A stretch of DNA of 64,000 nucleotides from an uncultured Chloroflexia bacterium (GCA_963736545.1 CAVTPA010000001.1:3038940-3102939), one strand, 5' to 3'; shown: positions 1 to 9,749, counted from the first letter of the stretch. The notes: generated by a model from the sequence alone, not told the origin. Numbers and translations are program-made.

Positions 1-932
<932 letters not shown>

Positions 933-968
933 CGGCCGGCGTCTCGCGCGCCGATCGCCGTGACCCTC

Positions 969-999
969 GAGGCCCGGGCTGTGCCCGGGCCTCGTGATT
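969..999 (+). terminator. Candidate intrinsic terminator after dnaK
   Basis: Perfect 10-bp inverted repeat gaggcccggg-ctgtg-cccgggcctc about 35 nt after the dnaK stop, followed by gtgattc. The T-tract is weak. Coordinates are good to about 2 nt. Confidence 0.45.
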
Positions 1000-1095
1000 C
1001 GCGGCGAACCGCACGGCCCCGTCGGACGAAGAAGAGGTTGACGCCCGCGACGACCGCCGGGCGGGCACGACGACCACCGAGGACGAGGCGGGCAG

Positions 1096-2904
1096 ATGGG
1101 CGACGAGCAGGGGGCACCGGGCACACCCGGCCGCGACGGCCGCGACGGGCGGGGCGGCTCCCCGGCGGTCGAGATCGAGGAGGTCGTCGTCGGCGGTCGG
1201 GCTCCCCGCCGGCCTCCGCCGTCGTCCGCGGGGCGCCGTCGCCGGCCGCCCGGGCCGGGGCCGGCGACCCGGGCCGGGCTCGTCGTGGGCGGGCTCGCGG
1301 TGGCGATCATCGGGGTCGGGCTCTTCGGCAGCCGCCCGGCGCCCTCCCCCGACGCCGCGTCCCCGTCGCCCGCGCTCGACGCCGCCCCGCGCACCCCGCG
1401 GCCGGACGTTGCCGTCGCCGCGCCGATCGGCCCGATCCCGCTGGTTCGCAGCTCCGGGTCGCCGCTCGCCGACCAGCACGTCCTCGTCGCCGGCCGCTGG
1501 ATGGACCTCGCGAGCGGGCGTGCGGTGGCGGGAGCCCCGGACGGCTGCGCCCGCCAGCGGGTCCACGTGCTCGGGAGCGGGCGGATCGTCTGCGTGACGG
1601 CCGAGGTGACCCGAACGCCCGGCTCGCGGATCGCCCTCTTCGACCTCGGCGTCGTGACGGTCGGGGCCGTTCGCCGGGATTCCGGCGGCCCGCCGCCCAC
1701 CGGTTCACCGGCCGGCGGCACCGAGCCGCAGGCGCTCGCAACGCTCCTCGGCCGGCGCGACGTCGTCATCGGCGACCCGGTCGCGATCGCCGTCGCGCCG
1801 GGTCCCGGCCCGGACGACCTCGTCCTTGCCTGGGCCGTCGCCGACCAGGGCGAATACGAGGTCGGGCTCGAGTCGTTCCGCCTCACCGACACGGAGGGCC
1901 CGGCCGAGCGCATCGGCGACTGGCAGGTGGGGCGGGCGCCGAGCACCGGGCGCGACGCCGTGGAGACCCTCGCCGACCTCTCCGTGGCCGTCGACCCCGG
2001 TGGTGGCAGGGCGATCGTCGGCTGGACCGAGTCCGGGCGGGGGATTCCCGGACCCGCTCGTCGCCTCGTGGCTGTCCGCCTGGACGGTTCCGCGCCGCCC
2101 GTGGCTCTCCCGGCGGCCGCGACCCGGAACCTCGCCGCGGAGGCCGCGGACGGGCCGCTCCGGATGGTCAAGCCGTGCGGCGGCCCGTTCGGGGAGGGAT
2201 TCGCCGGCGTCGGCGTGGCCTACGTCGTGTGCCCCGGATCCACCGCCGAGCTCCGCCTCCTCGACCTCGGGGAGCAGGCTGGCGACTCGCCCGGGGGCGT
2301 CCTCGCCACCGCGCGGCTGGAGCCGGCCGGATCGACTGCCGGGTCCGCCTGGCTCGCCGGCAACGGCATCGTGATGGACGCGACGCGGTCGATCCTGTAC
2401 CGCTGGTCGCCGGCGGCGGGGACGATCTGGCGGATCGAGCTGGACGGCGCCGGGGCCGTCGCGTCCGACTCCTCGCGTGCAGCACCCCGCGTGACCGCGC
2501 TCCCGCTCCAGCCGTGGGGCGATGCCCGCGAGGCGGACCCGGCCGGCGACGCCGCTTCGGCCGCCGGGCCGCGGCCGATCCTCGCACTCGACGCCGCCCG
2601 CAACCGGCTGTACGCGCTCGACGCCCCGCTCCCCGCCTTGGGGCGCGCCGTCGTCCACGTCGTCGACCTCGCCGGGTGGCGACATCAGGCCACGTTCCCG
2701 ATCGCCGACCCTGCGACGCGGGCGATCACCCTCAGCCCCGACGGCGCGCTGCTCTATGCGTCGACCGCGCCCCGCCCGGCCGGCAGCCTGCCGCTCGCGG
2801 TCGGCGTCGCCGTCATCGACGCGAGGACCGGCATGGAGATCGCCTACGCCGGGCGCCTTCCCGTCACCGCCGGCGCGCCCCTCCAGGCGGCCGTCGTGCG
2901 GTAG
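1096..2904 (+). CDS. Hypothetical membrane-anchored beta-propeller repeat protein (YVTN/lactonase-like repeats)
   Basis: 602-aa ORF with an ATG start. It has a Pro/Arg-rich cytoplasmic N-terminus, a single TM segment (GLVVGGLAVAIIGVGLF), and extracytoplasmic repeats of the type NRLYALD and ITLSPDGALLYAST. Confidence 0.6.
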   Translation: MGDEQGAPGTPGRDGRDGRGGSPAVEIEEVVVGGRAPRRPPPSSAGRRRRPPGPGPATRAGLVVGGLAVAIIGVGLFGSRPAPSPDAASPSPALDAAPRTPRPDVAVAAPIGPIPLVRSSGSPLADQHVLVAGRWMDLASGRAVAGAPDGCARQRVHVLGSGRIVCVTAEVTRTPGSRIALFDLGVVTVGAVRRDSGGPPPTGSPAGGTEPQALATLLGRRDVVIGDPVAIAVAPGPGPDDLVLAWAVADQGEYEVGLESFRLTDTEGPAERIGDWQVGRAPSTGRDAVETLADLSVAVDPGGGRAIVGWTESGRGIPGPARRLVAVRLDGSAPPVALPAAATRNLAAEAADGPLRMVKPCGGPFGEGFAGVGVAYVVCPGSTAELRLLDLGEQAGDSPGGVLATARLEPAGSTAGSAWLAGNGIVMDATRSILYRWSPAAGTIWRIELDGAGAVASDSSRAAPRVTALPLQPWGDAREADPAGDAASAAGPRPILALDAARNRLYALDAPLPALGRAVVHVVDLAGWRHQATFPIADPATRAITLSPDGALLYASTAPRPAGSLPLAVGVAVIDARTGMEIAYAGRLPVTAGAPLQAAVVR

Positions 2905-2997
2905 GTCATCCCGGGCACGCCCCGCGGGCCCGGGAATCGAAGGGCCGGCGCCTCGCGGCGCCGGCCCTCGTCGTGGCTGGCCGGGCAGGCCGGTCCG

Positions 2998-3540
2998 CTA
3001 CGGGCGGCCGCCCTTGCCGGCCGAGGCACCCGGGTCCGCCGGGGCGCCGGCGGCCTGGGCTCGTTCCTTCGCCTTCTGCTTCGCGGCCCTGGCGACTTCC
3101 GGGGTCCCGTCGCCGGCGGCCTTCTCGGCCCGAACCTCGGCACCGTGGTTGTCGCGGGCGACCTCGCTGACGTACTCGCCGCGGTTGGCGTAGCCCTCGG
3201 GAACGTCGGCGTGCGCCGCGGCGCAGACCATCGCGCCGTGGGTCGCGTACTCCTCGCCCTCGGGGAGCAGGGTGCACGGCTCGACGGCTTCGTCCTCCGC
3301 GGGCTCCTCCTCCGGCTCGGTCGGCTCGGCGGGCTCGGCGGGCTGCTCGTCGACCTCGGGCGCGACCGGGCGGTTGACGACCGGGACGGTCTTGCCGGCC
3401 GCCGCGGAGGCGGTCGCGAGCCCGTCGGCCGCTGCGTCCGGCATCGTGAGGCCGCCGCCGGCGAGGACGACGCCGGCGCTGAGGGCGAGAGTTGCGACGG
3501 CCGCGACGAGCGGCCGGAGATGGTGGCGAAGACGATCCAT
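2998..3540 (-). CDS. Hypothetical small secreted or N-anchored protein
   Basis: The 180-aa C-terminal part of the minus ORF 2998..4587 begins at ATG 3540 (MDRLRHHLRPLVAAVATLALSAGVVLAGG). It has a hydrophobic N-terminus, an acidic Pro/Glu linker and a Cys-containing C-domain. The rest of that ORF is antisense to the ABC ATPase and is rejected. Confidence 0.5.
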   Translation of the reverse strand: MDRLRHHLRPLVAAVATLALSAGVVLAGGGLTMPDAAADGLATASAAAGKTVPVVNRPVAPEVDEQPAEPAEPTEPEEEPAEDEAVEPCTLLPEGEEYATHGAMVCAAAHADVPEGYANRGEYVSEVARDNHGAEVRAEKAAGDGTPEVARAAKQKAKERAQAAGAPADPGASAGKGGRP

Positions 3541-3741
3541 GCTCAGGGAGACCTCGAGTGCTGCGGGCGCCCCCCATGAGGCGCCTTCGCCCTGTAGTAA
3601 CGGGCTGGCCCCTCGTCGCGTTATGGGTACCTTCGTACTGGGCCCGTCGCGGCCACGTCCGTCCGGCGGCCGACCCGCCGCCGGGGATCGGTCGTTCGTC
3701 CATGGGCGCCGGCTCCGTGGCGCCGCTACACTCCCCCTCCG
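3541..3741. promoter_or_regulatory. Divergent intergenic region with a local drop in GC and short palindromes
   Basis: Lies between divergent starts at 3540 (minus) and 3742 (plus). It contains gtagtaacg...cgttatgggtac and the palindrome gtaccttcgtac. These may be promoter or operator elements for the ABC exporter. Confidence 0.3.
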
Positions 3742-4680
3742 ATGCCGCCCTCCCCGAGCGAATCCCTCATTCATGCCCGCGGCCTGACGAAGCGCTTCGG
3801 CGGCTTCACCGCGGTCGACGCCGTCGACTTCGACGTCGCCCCGGGTGAGTCGTTCGGCTTCCTCGGCCCCAACGGCGCCGGCAAGACGAGCACGATGCGG
3901 ATGATCGCCTGCGTGTCGCCGGTGTCCGCGGGGACGCTCAGCGTCCTCGGGATGAACCCCGCGGTCGACGGCCCGCGCATCCGAGCCCGCGTCGGCGTCG
4001 TTCCCCAGCAGGACACGCTCGACATGGAGCTCACGGTCCGCGAGAACCTGCTGATCTACGGGCGCTACTTCGACCTGCCGCGCCCGCTGATCCGCCAGCG
4101 TGTCGACGAGCTCCTCGAGTTCGTGCAGCTCGCCGACCGCGGCAAGGACCAGGTCGAGCCGCTCTCGGGCGGCATGAAGCGGCGCCTGACGATCGCCCGG
4201 AGCCTCATCAACGAGCCCGACCTGCTCCTCCTCGACGAGCCGACCACCGGCCTCGACCCGCAGGCGCGACACCTCCTCTGGGACCGCCTCTACCGCCTCA
4301 AGCAGAAGGGCGTCACCCTCGTCCTCACGACCCACTACATGGACGAGGCCGAGCAGCTCTGCGATCGGCTCGTCGTCATGGACAAGGCGAAGATCGTGGC
4401 CGAGGGGAGCCCGCGCGAGCTCATCGAGCAGCACTCCAGCCGCGAGGTCCTGGAGATGCGCTTCGCGGTGGACGTGCAGGCCTCGCTCGACGGCCAGCTG
4501 GAGGGCCTCGGCGACCGTGTCGAGCGGCTGCCCGACCGGGTCCTCGTCTACGCCCACGACGGCGAGGCGGCGGCCGAGCAGGCTCACGCCCGCGGCCTGC
4601 GGCCGGAGATGACCCTCGTCCGGCGGTCGTCGCTCGAGGACGTCTTCCTGCGGCTGACCGGCCGCAGCCTCGTCGAGTAG
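3742..4680 (+). CDS. ABC transporter ATP-binding protein (ABC-2 exporter family, DrrA/NodI-like)
   Basis: Walker A GPNGAGKTS, Q-loop, signature LSGGMKRRL, Walker B LLLLDEPTTGLD, H-loop TTHYM. Confidence 0.9.
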   Translation: MPPSPSESLIHARGLTKRFGGFTAVDAVDFDVAPGESFGFLGPNGAGKTSTMRMIACVSPVSAGTLSVLGMNPAVDGPRIRARVGVVPQQDTLDMELTVRENLLIYGRYFDLPRPLIRQRVDELLEFVQLADRGKDQVEPLSGGMKRRLTIARSLINEPDLLLLDEPTTGLDPQARHLLWDRLYRLKQKGVTLVLTTHYMDEAEQLCDRLVVMDKAKIVAEGSPRELIEQHSSREVLEMRFAVDVQASLDGQLEGLGDRVERLPDRVLVYAHDGEAAAEQAHARGLRPEMTLVRRSSLEDVFLRLTGRSLVE

Positions 4681-4693
4681 GGGAGGGTCGGGG

Positions 4694-5499
4694 GTGGCGT
4701 CGCCGGCGGCCAGGGTCCTCGAGCACGAGCTGCTCGTCTACCGCCGCGCCTGGCGGGGGAGCGTCTTCTCGTCGTTCCTCAGCCCGGTCCTCTTCCTCGC
4801 CGCGATGGGACTCGGCCTCGGCAGCCTCGTCGACGCGAGCGCGTCCACCGGCGCCTCCACGCCGGGCGCGAACGCCGCGGCCCTCGCCGGGGTGTCGTAC
4901 CTGGCCTTCCTCGCCCCGGGGCTCCTCGCCTCGACGGCGATGCAGACGGCGGCCTCCGAGTCGACGTTCCCGGTCATGGCCGGGATCGTCTGGGTCAAGA
5001 GCTACCACGGGATGCTGGCGACGCCGATCCGCACCGCGCGACGTCGTCGTCGGCAAGCTCACGTACATCGGGCTGCGCATCCTCATCGTCACCGGCCGTC
5101 TTCTTCGTCGTGAGCGTCGCCTTCGGCGCGATCACCCGGCCGGAGGCCGTCCTCGCGGTCCCCGCGGCCCTCCTCACCGGCGTCGCCTTCGCTGCGCCGA
5201 TCGCCGCGTTCTCCGCGACGCAGAAGGACGCGAACGGCTTCAACAGCCTCTTCCGCTTCGGGGTCATCCCGCTCTTCCTCTTCTCCGGGACGTTCTTCCC
5301 GATCAGCCAGCTCCCGGAGCTGCTCCAGCTGGTCGCGGTCCTGACGCCCCTCTGGCACGGCGTCGACCTGTGCCGCTCGCTCGCCCTCGGGACCGCCGAG
5401 CCGCTCCTCAGCCTTGTCCACGTGGCGTACCTCGGGACGATGAGCGCGCTCGGCGTGGCGGCGGCCCTCACGACGTTCCGCCGGCGGCTCGTGAAGTGA
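4694..5499 (+). pseudogene. ABC-2 type transporter permease disrupted by two nearby frameshifts (or assembly indels)
   Basis: ORFs 4694..5113 and 5110..5499 align collinearly with the intact paralog 5510..6310. The frame is lost after ATPIRTA near position 5039, and 18 codons in a third frame (DVVVGKLTYIGLRILIVT) match DVALGEIGWALIRGGIYA of the paralog. A second shift near 5094 restores AVFFVVSVAFGAI. Confidence 0.65.
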
Positions 5500-5509
5500 G
5501 GATGGCCCG

Positions 5510-6310
5510 ATGACGCTCCTCGCCCGCGTCGCCCCGCCGATCCTGTTCGGGGGTCGGCGGGCCGGCCTCCTGATCGAGCGCAACCTGCTCGTCTACCGGC
5601 GCGGCTGGCTCGTCATCGTCTCGGGGTTCTTCGAGCCGCTCTTCTACCTGCTGTCGATCGGCCTCGGGATCGGCGCCCTCGTCGGCACGGTGACCGTCGA
5701 CGGCCAGGCGATCCCCTACACGGCGTTCGTCGCTCCCGCGCTGCTGGCCTCGTCGGCGATGAACGGGGCGATCTACGACTCGACGTTCAACGTCTTCTTC
5801 AAGCTGAACTACGCGAAGACGTACGACGCGATCCTCTCGACGCCGGTCGGGGTCGGCGACGTCGCGCTCGGCGAGATCGGCTGGGCGCTGATCCGGGGCG
5901 GCATCTACGCGGCGGCCTTCATCGTCGTCATGTTCGCCCTCGGGATGATCCTCTCGCCGTGGGCCGTCCTCGCGTTCCCCGCCGCGCTCCTCGTCGGCTT
6001 CGCGTTCGGGGCGGCCGGGATGGCGGCGACGAGCTTCATGCGGACGTGGCAGGACTTCGACCTCGTCCAGCTCGTGATCCTGCCGCTCTTCCTCTTCAGC
6101 GCGACGTTCTACCCCATCACGACGTACCCGGAGCCGATCCAGGTCATCGTCCAGCTCACGCCGCTCTACCACGGGGTGGACCTGATTCGCGGCCTCACGA
6201 CGGGCAACGTCGACCCGGGCCTGCTGGTCCACGTGGCGTACCTGTTCGCCATGGGCCTGATCGGCCTCGCGATCACGTCGCGGCGCCTGGAGCGGCTCCT
6301 GCTGAAGTAG
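5510..6310 (+). CDS. ABC-2 type transporter permease (6 TM)
   Basis: 266-aa hydrophobic protein with the ABC-2 pattern. It is a paralog of the disrupted upstream gene and lies 10 bp after it. Confidence 0.85.
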   Translation: MTLLARVAPPILFGGRRAGLLIERNLLVYRRGWLVIVSGFFEPLFYLLSIGLGIGALVGTVTVDGQAIPYTAFVAPALLASSAMNGAIYDSTFNVFFKLNYAKTYDAILSTPVGVGDVALGEIGWALIRGGIYAAAFIVVMFALGMILSPWAVLAFPAALLVGFAFGAAGMAATSFMRTWQDFDLVQLVILPLFLFSATFYPITTYPEPIQVIVQLTPLYHGVDLIRGLTTGNVDPGLLVHVAYLFAMGLIGLAITSRRLERLLLK

Positions 6311-6401
6311 CCGACCCGCGGCGGCCGGACCCAAGGGAGTGTGCAGCAACGCGGGCCCCGGCTGCATACGCCAGGGCGTCGGCCCTGCTACCATCGTCCC
6401 C

Positions 6402-6665
6402 ATGCGAAAGCACACGACGATCGACCTCGACCTCGATCTTGTTCGCGAGGCGGCCACCTCCCTCGGCACCACGCGCACCACGGACACGATCCACGCGGCC
6501 CTCGCCGAAGTCGTCGCGCGTCGGCGGCGGGCAGCGCTCGCTCGCATGCCGCTGCCGGACCTGACCCCGGAGGCGCTCGAGGAGATGCGCTCCACGCCCG
6601 CGGTCGAGCGACGCGCGGGGGCCACCCCTCGACGGCCCCGGTCCGCGCCCGGGGCGGCGACGTGA
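6402..6665 (+). CDS. vapB: Type II antitoxin VapB (ribbon-helix-helix-like)
   Basis: 87 aa, MRKHTTIDLDLDLVREAATSLGTTRTTDTIHAALAEVVARRR. Its stop overlaps the vapC start as GTGA. Confidence 0.75.
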   Translation: MRKHTTIDLDLDLVREAATSLGTTRTTDTIHAALAEVVARRRRAALARMPLPDLTPEALEEMRSTPAVERRAGATPRRPRSAPGAAT

Positions 6666-7075
6666 CCGAGCTGGCCGACACGAGCGTCTGGGCCCGCAAG
6701 GCGCATCCCGACGTGCGCGACTGGTTCGTCGCCTCCATCGAAGCGGGCGACGTCGCCGCGTGCGACATGGTTGCCCTCGAGCTGCTCCACTCGGCCCGGA
6801 ACCCCGCCGAGTTCGCGGCGCTCGAGCTCGGGCTCGCGGCACTTCCGTGGGCGGACATGGATGCGTCCGTGTGGCGGCGCGCTCGCGAGGTGTACCGCCT
6901 GCTGGGCGCGCGGCCGGGCATGGTCCAGCGCAGCGTGAAGCACGCCGACGTGTTGATCGCGGCCGCTGCCGAGCTGGCCGGGATGACGCTCCTGCACTAC
7001 GACGCGGACTACGACACGATCGCGGCCGTGACCGGCCAGCCGACCCGCTGGGCGGCTCCGCGCGGCTCGCTCTGA
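6662..7075 (+). CDS. vapC: Type II toxin VapC (PIN-domain ribonuclease)
   Basis: 137 aa with PIN acidic residues (ELADTSVW, ELLHSARNPAEFAALE, HADVLIAAAAE, LLHYDADYD). The GTG start is translationally coupled to vapB. Confidence 0.8.
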   Translation: MTELADTSVWARKAHPDVRDWFVASIEAGDVAACDMVALELLHSARNPAEFAALELGLAALPWADMDASVWRRAREVYRLLGARPGMVQRSVKHADVLIAAAAELAGMTLLHYDADYDTIAAVTGQPTRWAAPRGSL

Positions 7076-7107
7076 GACCGGTCGGCCGGCGCGCTATCCT
7101 CCATTCC

Positions 7108-8142
7108 ATGAGCAAGCCGAAGGCAGCCCCAAAGCACCCGGCGGGTACGGCGCCCGAGGCCGAGCCCGGGGTCACGCCCGGGCTCGAGCCGACCGCGGAC
7201 CCTGTCGCCGAGCCGGCGCCGACCGTCGACGCCGTCGCCGAGCCGGCCCAGCGCGAGCCGGCCCAGCCGGAGGCAGGCGGCGAGGCACCGGCCCAGCCCG
7301 AGGCAGGCGGCGATGCGTCCGCCGAGCCGGTGCCGGCCCCCGAGCCGGCAGCCGAGGCGACGCCGGCCCACGGCCGGGCGATCGGGATCGACGTCGGCGG
7401 CACCGGCGTGAAGGCCGCAGTCGTCGACCTCGCGACCGGCGAGCTCGTCTCACCGCGCATCCGCGAGAAGACGCCCCAGCCGGCCACGCCCGAGGCCGTC
7501 ATCGAAGTCGCCGGCCAGATCCTCGACCGCCTCGCCGAGGGCGGCCACCTCGCGCCGGGGATGCCCGCCGGCGTCGGCCTTCCCGGCGTCGTGAAGGGCG
7601 GCCTCCTCAAGACGGCGGCGAACATCGACGCCTCCTGGGTCGACTTCCCCGTCCGCGAGACCCTCGAGGCGCGGATCGGCCGCCCCGTCCGGCTCATCAA
7701 CGACGCGGACGCGGCCGGGCTCGCCGAGGTCGCCTTCGGTGCGGCGAAGGGTGTCCCGGGGACGGTCCTCCTGCTGACGATCGGGACCGGGATCGGGAGC
7801 GCGCTCCTCGTCGACGGCCGGCTCCTCGACTCGACCGAGTTCGGCCACGTGACGTACCGCGGCAAGGACGGCGAGTGGCTCGTGTCCGGCGCCGCGCGCG
7901 AGCGGCGCAAGATCGGCTGGCGGCGCTGGGCCCGCGAGTTCAGCGAGTACCTCGCCCTCCTCGAGAAGTGGTTCTGGCCCGACCTGATCATCCTCAGCGG
8001 CGGGGTCAGCAAGGAGCACGCGAAGTTCGACAAGTGGCTGAAGTCGCGCGCCCCGATCGTGATGGCCCACTTCCTCAACACCTCGGGGATCATCGGCGCG
8101 GCCCTCGCCGCGGGCGGCCACGAGGAGGCGCCTGACGACTGA
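7108..8142 (+). CDS. ppgK: Polyphosphate glucokinase / ROK-family sugar kinase with a disordered Pro/Ala/Glu-rich N-terminal extension
   Basis: ATG at 7108. About 90 aa of low-complexity N-terminus is followed by GIDVGGTGVKAAVVD and LINDADAAG, a typical PPGK/ROK core. Confidence 0.85.
   Translation: MSKPKAAPKHPAGTAPEAEPGVTPGLEPTADPVAEPAPTVDAVAEPAQREPAQPEAGGEAPAQPEAGGDASAEPVPAPEPAAEATPAHGRAIGIDVGGTGVKAAVVDLATGELVSPRIREKTPQPATPEAVIEVAGQILDRLAEGGHLAPGMPAGVGLPGVVKGGLLKTAANIDASWVDFPVRETLEARIGRPVRLINDADAAGLAEVAFGAAKGVPGTVLLLTIGTGIGSALLVDGRLLDSTEFGHVTYRGKDGEWLVSGAARERRKIGWRRWAREFSEYLALLEKWFWPDLIILSGGVSKEHAKFDKWLKSRAPIVMAHFLNTSGIIGAALAAGGHEEAPDD
7261..7320 (+). repeat. Perfect 30-bp tandem duplication inside the ppgK N-terminal extension
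   Basis: gcccagccggaggcaggcggcgaggcaccg is followed by gcccagcccgaggcaggcggcgatgcgtcc, encoding AQPEAGGEAP then AQPEAGGDAS. Confidence 0.7.
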
Positions 8143-8227
8143 TCCGGGGGCGAGGGCCGCGTCGGGCGCGGATCTGCCGTCCTCGACGGGACCCGCGCCG
8201 TCGCTCCTCGTCCCGGCAGGGACCGTC

Positions 8228-8806
8228 GTGCGCGGCCACTACCAGGCGCGCCTGATCGAGTATGTCCGCGCGACCGCCTGGCTGAGTCGACGTTCTCGTG
8301 TGGCGGTCGTCGTCGGCCTGCTGGTCCTGGCCGGCGCGGCCATGGCAACCGGCGTCGCCCTCGCGTATCCCGACGACCTCGTCGGCTGGATCCTGCGCCG
8401 GGGTCGGGGTCGCCCTCGGCGCCGCGCTCGTCAGCGGCTGGTCCTGTGCGCCGGGCCTCTGGCTGGCCGCTCGCCGCAACCGACGGATCTACGAGCGGCC
8501 GACGGAGATCGAGGTCGACGCCCTGCGGCTGACGATCACGAACGGTGCCTTTGTCACCACGGCTCCGTGGCCGATGTTCCGGCGCGTGCGCGAGAACGAC
8601 GCCTACTTCTTCCTCGACAACGGGGTCGGCGCGGCCATCCTGGTGCCCAAGCGGGCCTTCGACCCCGTCGGCGTGGTGCGCTTCGGGGCGCTCGCCGGGC
8701 GGGGGTCGCCGCCGGCACGAGTTCGCGCACTCCGGATGGCGCCGGCGCCCGGACGCCGCTCGAGACCGCCGGCGGCCTGGTGCCGGCGACGCAGCCCGCC
8801 CGGTGA
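8228..8806 (+). pseudogene. YcxB-like (two TM plus PH-like domain) protein, copy 1, frame-disrupted
   Basis: The N-terminus in frame 8228 (ARLIEYVRATAWLSRRSRVAVVVGLLVLAG) continues in frame 8298 (LVPKRAFDPVGVV). It aligns with the intact downstream paralog (TIGEYGRASAWLMRRAASSWVVGLGLVTFG...VVPLRAFEPPDLD). The shift is near 8395 and the C-terminal frame is uncertain. Confidence 0.5.
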
Positions 8807-8850
8807 CGGGGCCCGAGGCCGATGGCGCGGTCGTCCACGGGTCCTTCACG

Positions 8851-9315
8851 ATGACCATCGGCGAGTACGGACGGGCGAGCGCGTGGCTCATGCGCCGCGC
8901 CGCAAGCTCGTGGGTCGTCGGCCTTGGCCTCGTGACGTTCGGGATCGTCCAGGTCGTGGCGTGGGGCGCGGCGCAGGACCCGATCACGGCCGCCGTCGCC
9001 GTCGGGACGGTCGGGATGGGCGTCGCCCTGGCAACCGGGCTCGTCGCCCGCCCGATCCTCTGGCTCGCCGGCCGCCGCCGCCGCGACCTCTTCACCCAGC
9101 CGACGACGATCGTCGCCACGGCGGCCGGCATCCGGATCGCGTCGCCTCTCTACGACAACGTCCTCGCCTGGGACTCGTTCGAGCGGATCCGCGCCAGCCG
9201 CGAGCACCTGTACCTGGAAGCCGGCGGCGGCCAGACGGTGGTTGTGCCGCTCCGCGCCTTCGAGCCGCCAGACCTGGACAGCCTCCTGGAGCTCGCGGCG
9301 ACCGCCCGCGCCTGA
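8851..9315 (+). CDS. YcxB-like membrane protein, copy 2 (intact)
   Basis: 155 aa from ATG 8851 with two TM helices and a C-terminal PH-like domain (TTIVATAAGIRIASPLYDNVLAWDSFERIRASREHLYLEAGGGQTVVVPLRAFEP). A GTG about 50 nt upstream is an alternative start. Confidence 0.6.
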   Translation: MTIGEYGRASAWLMRRAASSWVVGLGLVTFGIVQVVAWGAAQDPITAAVAVGTVGMGVALATGLVARPILWLAGRRRRDLFTQPTTIVATAAGIRIASPLYDNVLAWDSFERIRASREHLYLEAGGGQTVVVPLRAFEPPDLDSLLELAATARA

Positions 9316-9398
9316 CCGGCGGCGCCCCTCCCGGTGCACGCCGCATCCCACGAACGGAGGGGATCGCCCGGTGCGAGCCGGGGGGCAATTGCGGGCTG

Positions 9399-9749
9399 AT
9401 GGATAATCGGGGCCTGATGGACGAGAGCCAGCGCGACCGCCGAGGTGACCCGGATCAGGCAGATCCGGGTCGGGACGATCAGCACGAGCGCCGACGCCTG
9501 TTCCCCGCCCGGGTCATCGCCGAGCTCGAGCTCGGAGTTGCCGGCGCCCTGATCGTCGCGTTCGGGTTGGCCCATCTCCTCAGGCCGACGTTCATCGGCG
9601 GCCCGGGTTGGTCAGTCTCGGACGACGTTGGACCGGGCATCGGCCTCGCGCTGGCGCTTGTCGGGCTGTATTGGATGGTCCGGATCTACCGGCGCAGCTT
9701 CGGTTACGAGGAAGAGCCGCCTCCGTGGCGCTCCCGTCGCCCACGCTGA
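9399..9749 (+). CDS. Hypothetical small membrane protein (2 TM)
   Basis: ATG 9399 (MDNRGLMDESQRD...). TM segments are VAGALIVAFGLAHLL and GIGLALALVGLYWMVRIY. GC is locally lower. It occupies the distal part of the otherwise spurious ORF 8298..9749. Confidence 0.45.
   Translation: MDNRGLMDESQRDRRGDPDQADPGRDDQHERRRLFPARVIAELELGVAGALIVAFGLAHLLRPTFIGGPGWSVSDDVGPGIGLALALVGLYWMVRIYRRSFGYEEEPPPWRSRRPR

Noticed and set aside
2998-4587. 529-aa minus-strand ORF
   Set aside because: Its N-terminal two-thirds are antisense to a clear ABC ATPase (Walker A/B, signature motif). Only the last 180 codons (3540..2998) are kept as a gene.
6273-9131. 952-aa minus-strand ORF
   Set aside because: It is Arg/Pro/Ala-rich low-complexity sequence with no domains. 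It is antisense to the recognisable vapBC, ppgK and YcxB-like genes. This is the usual long open antisense frame of 72% GC DNA.
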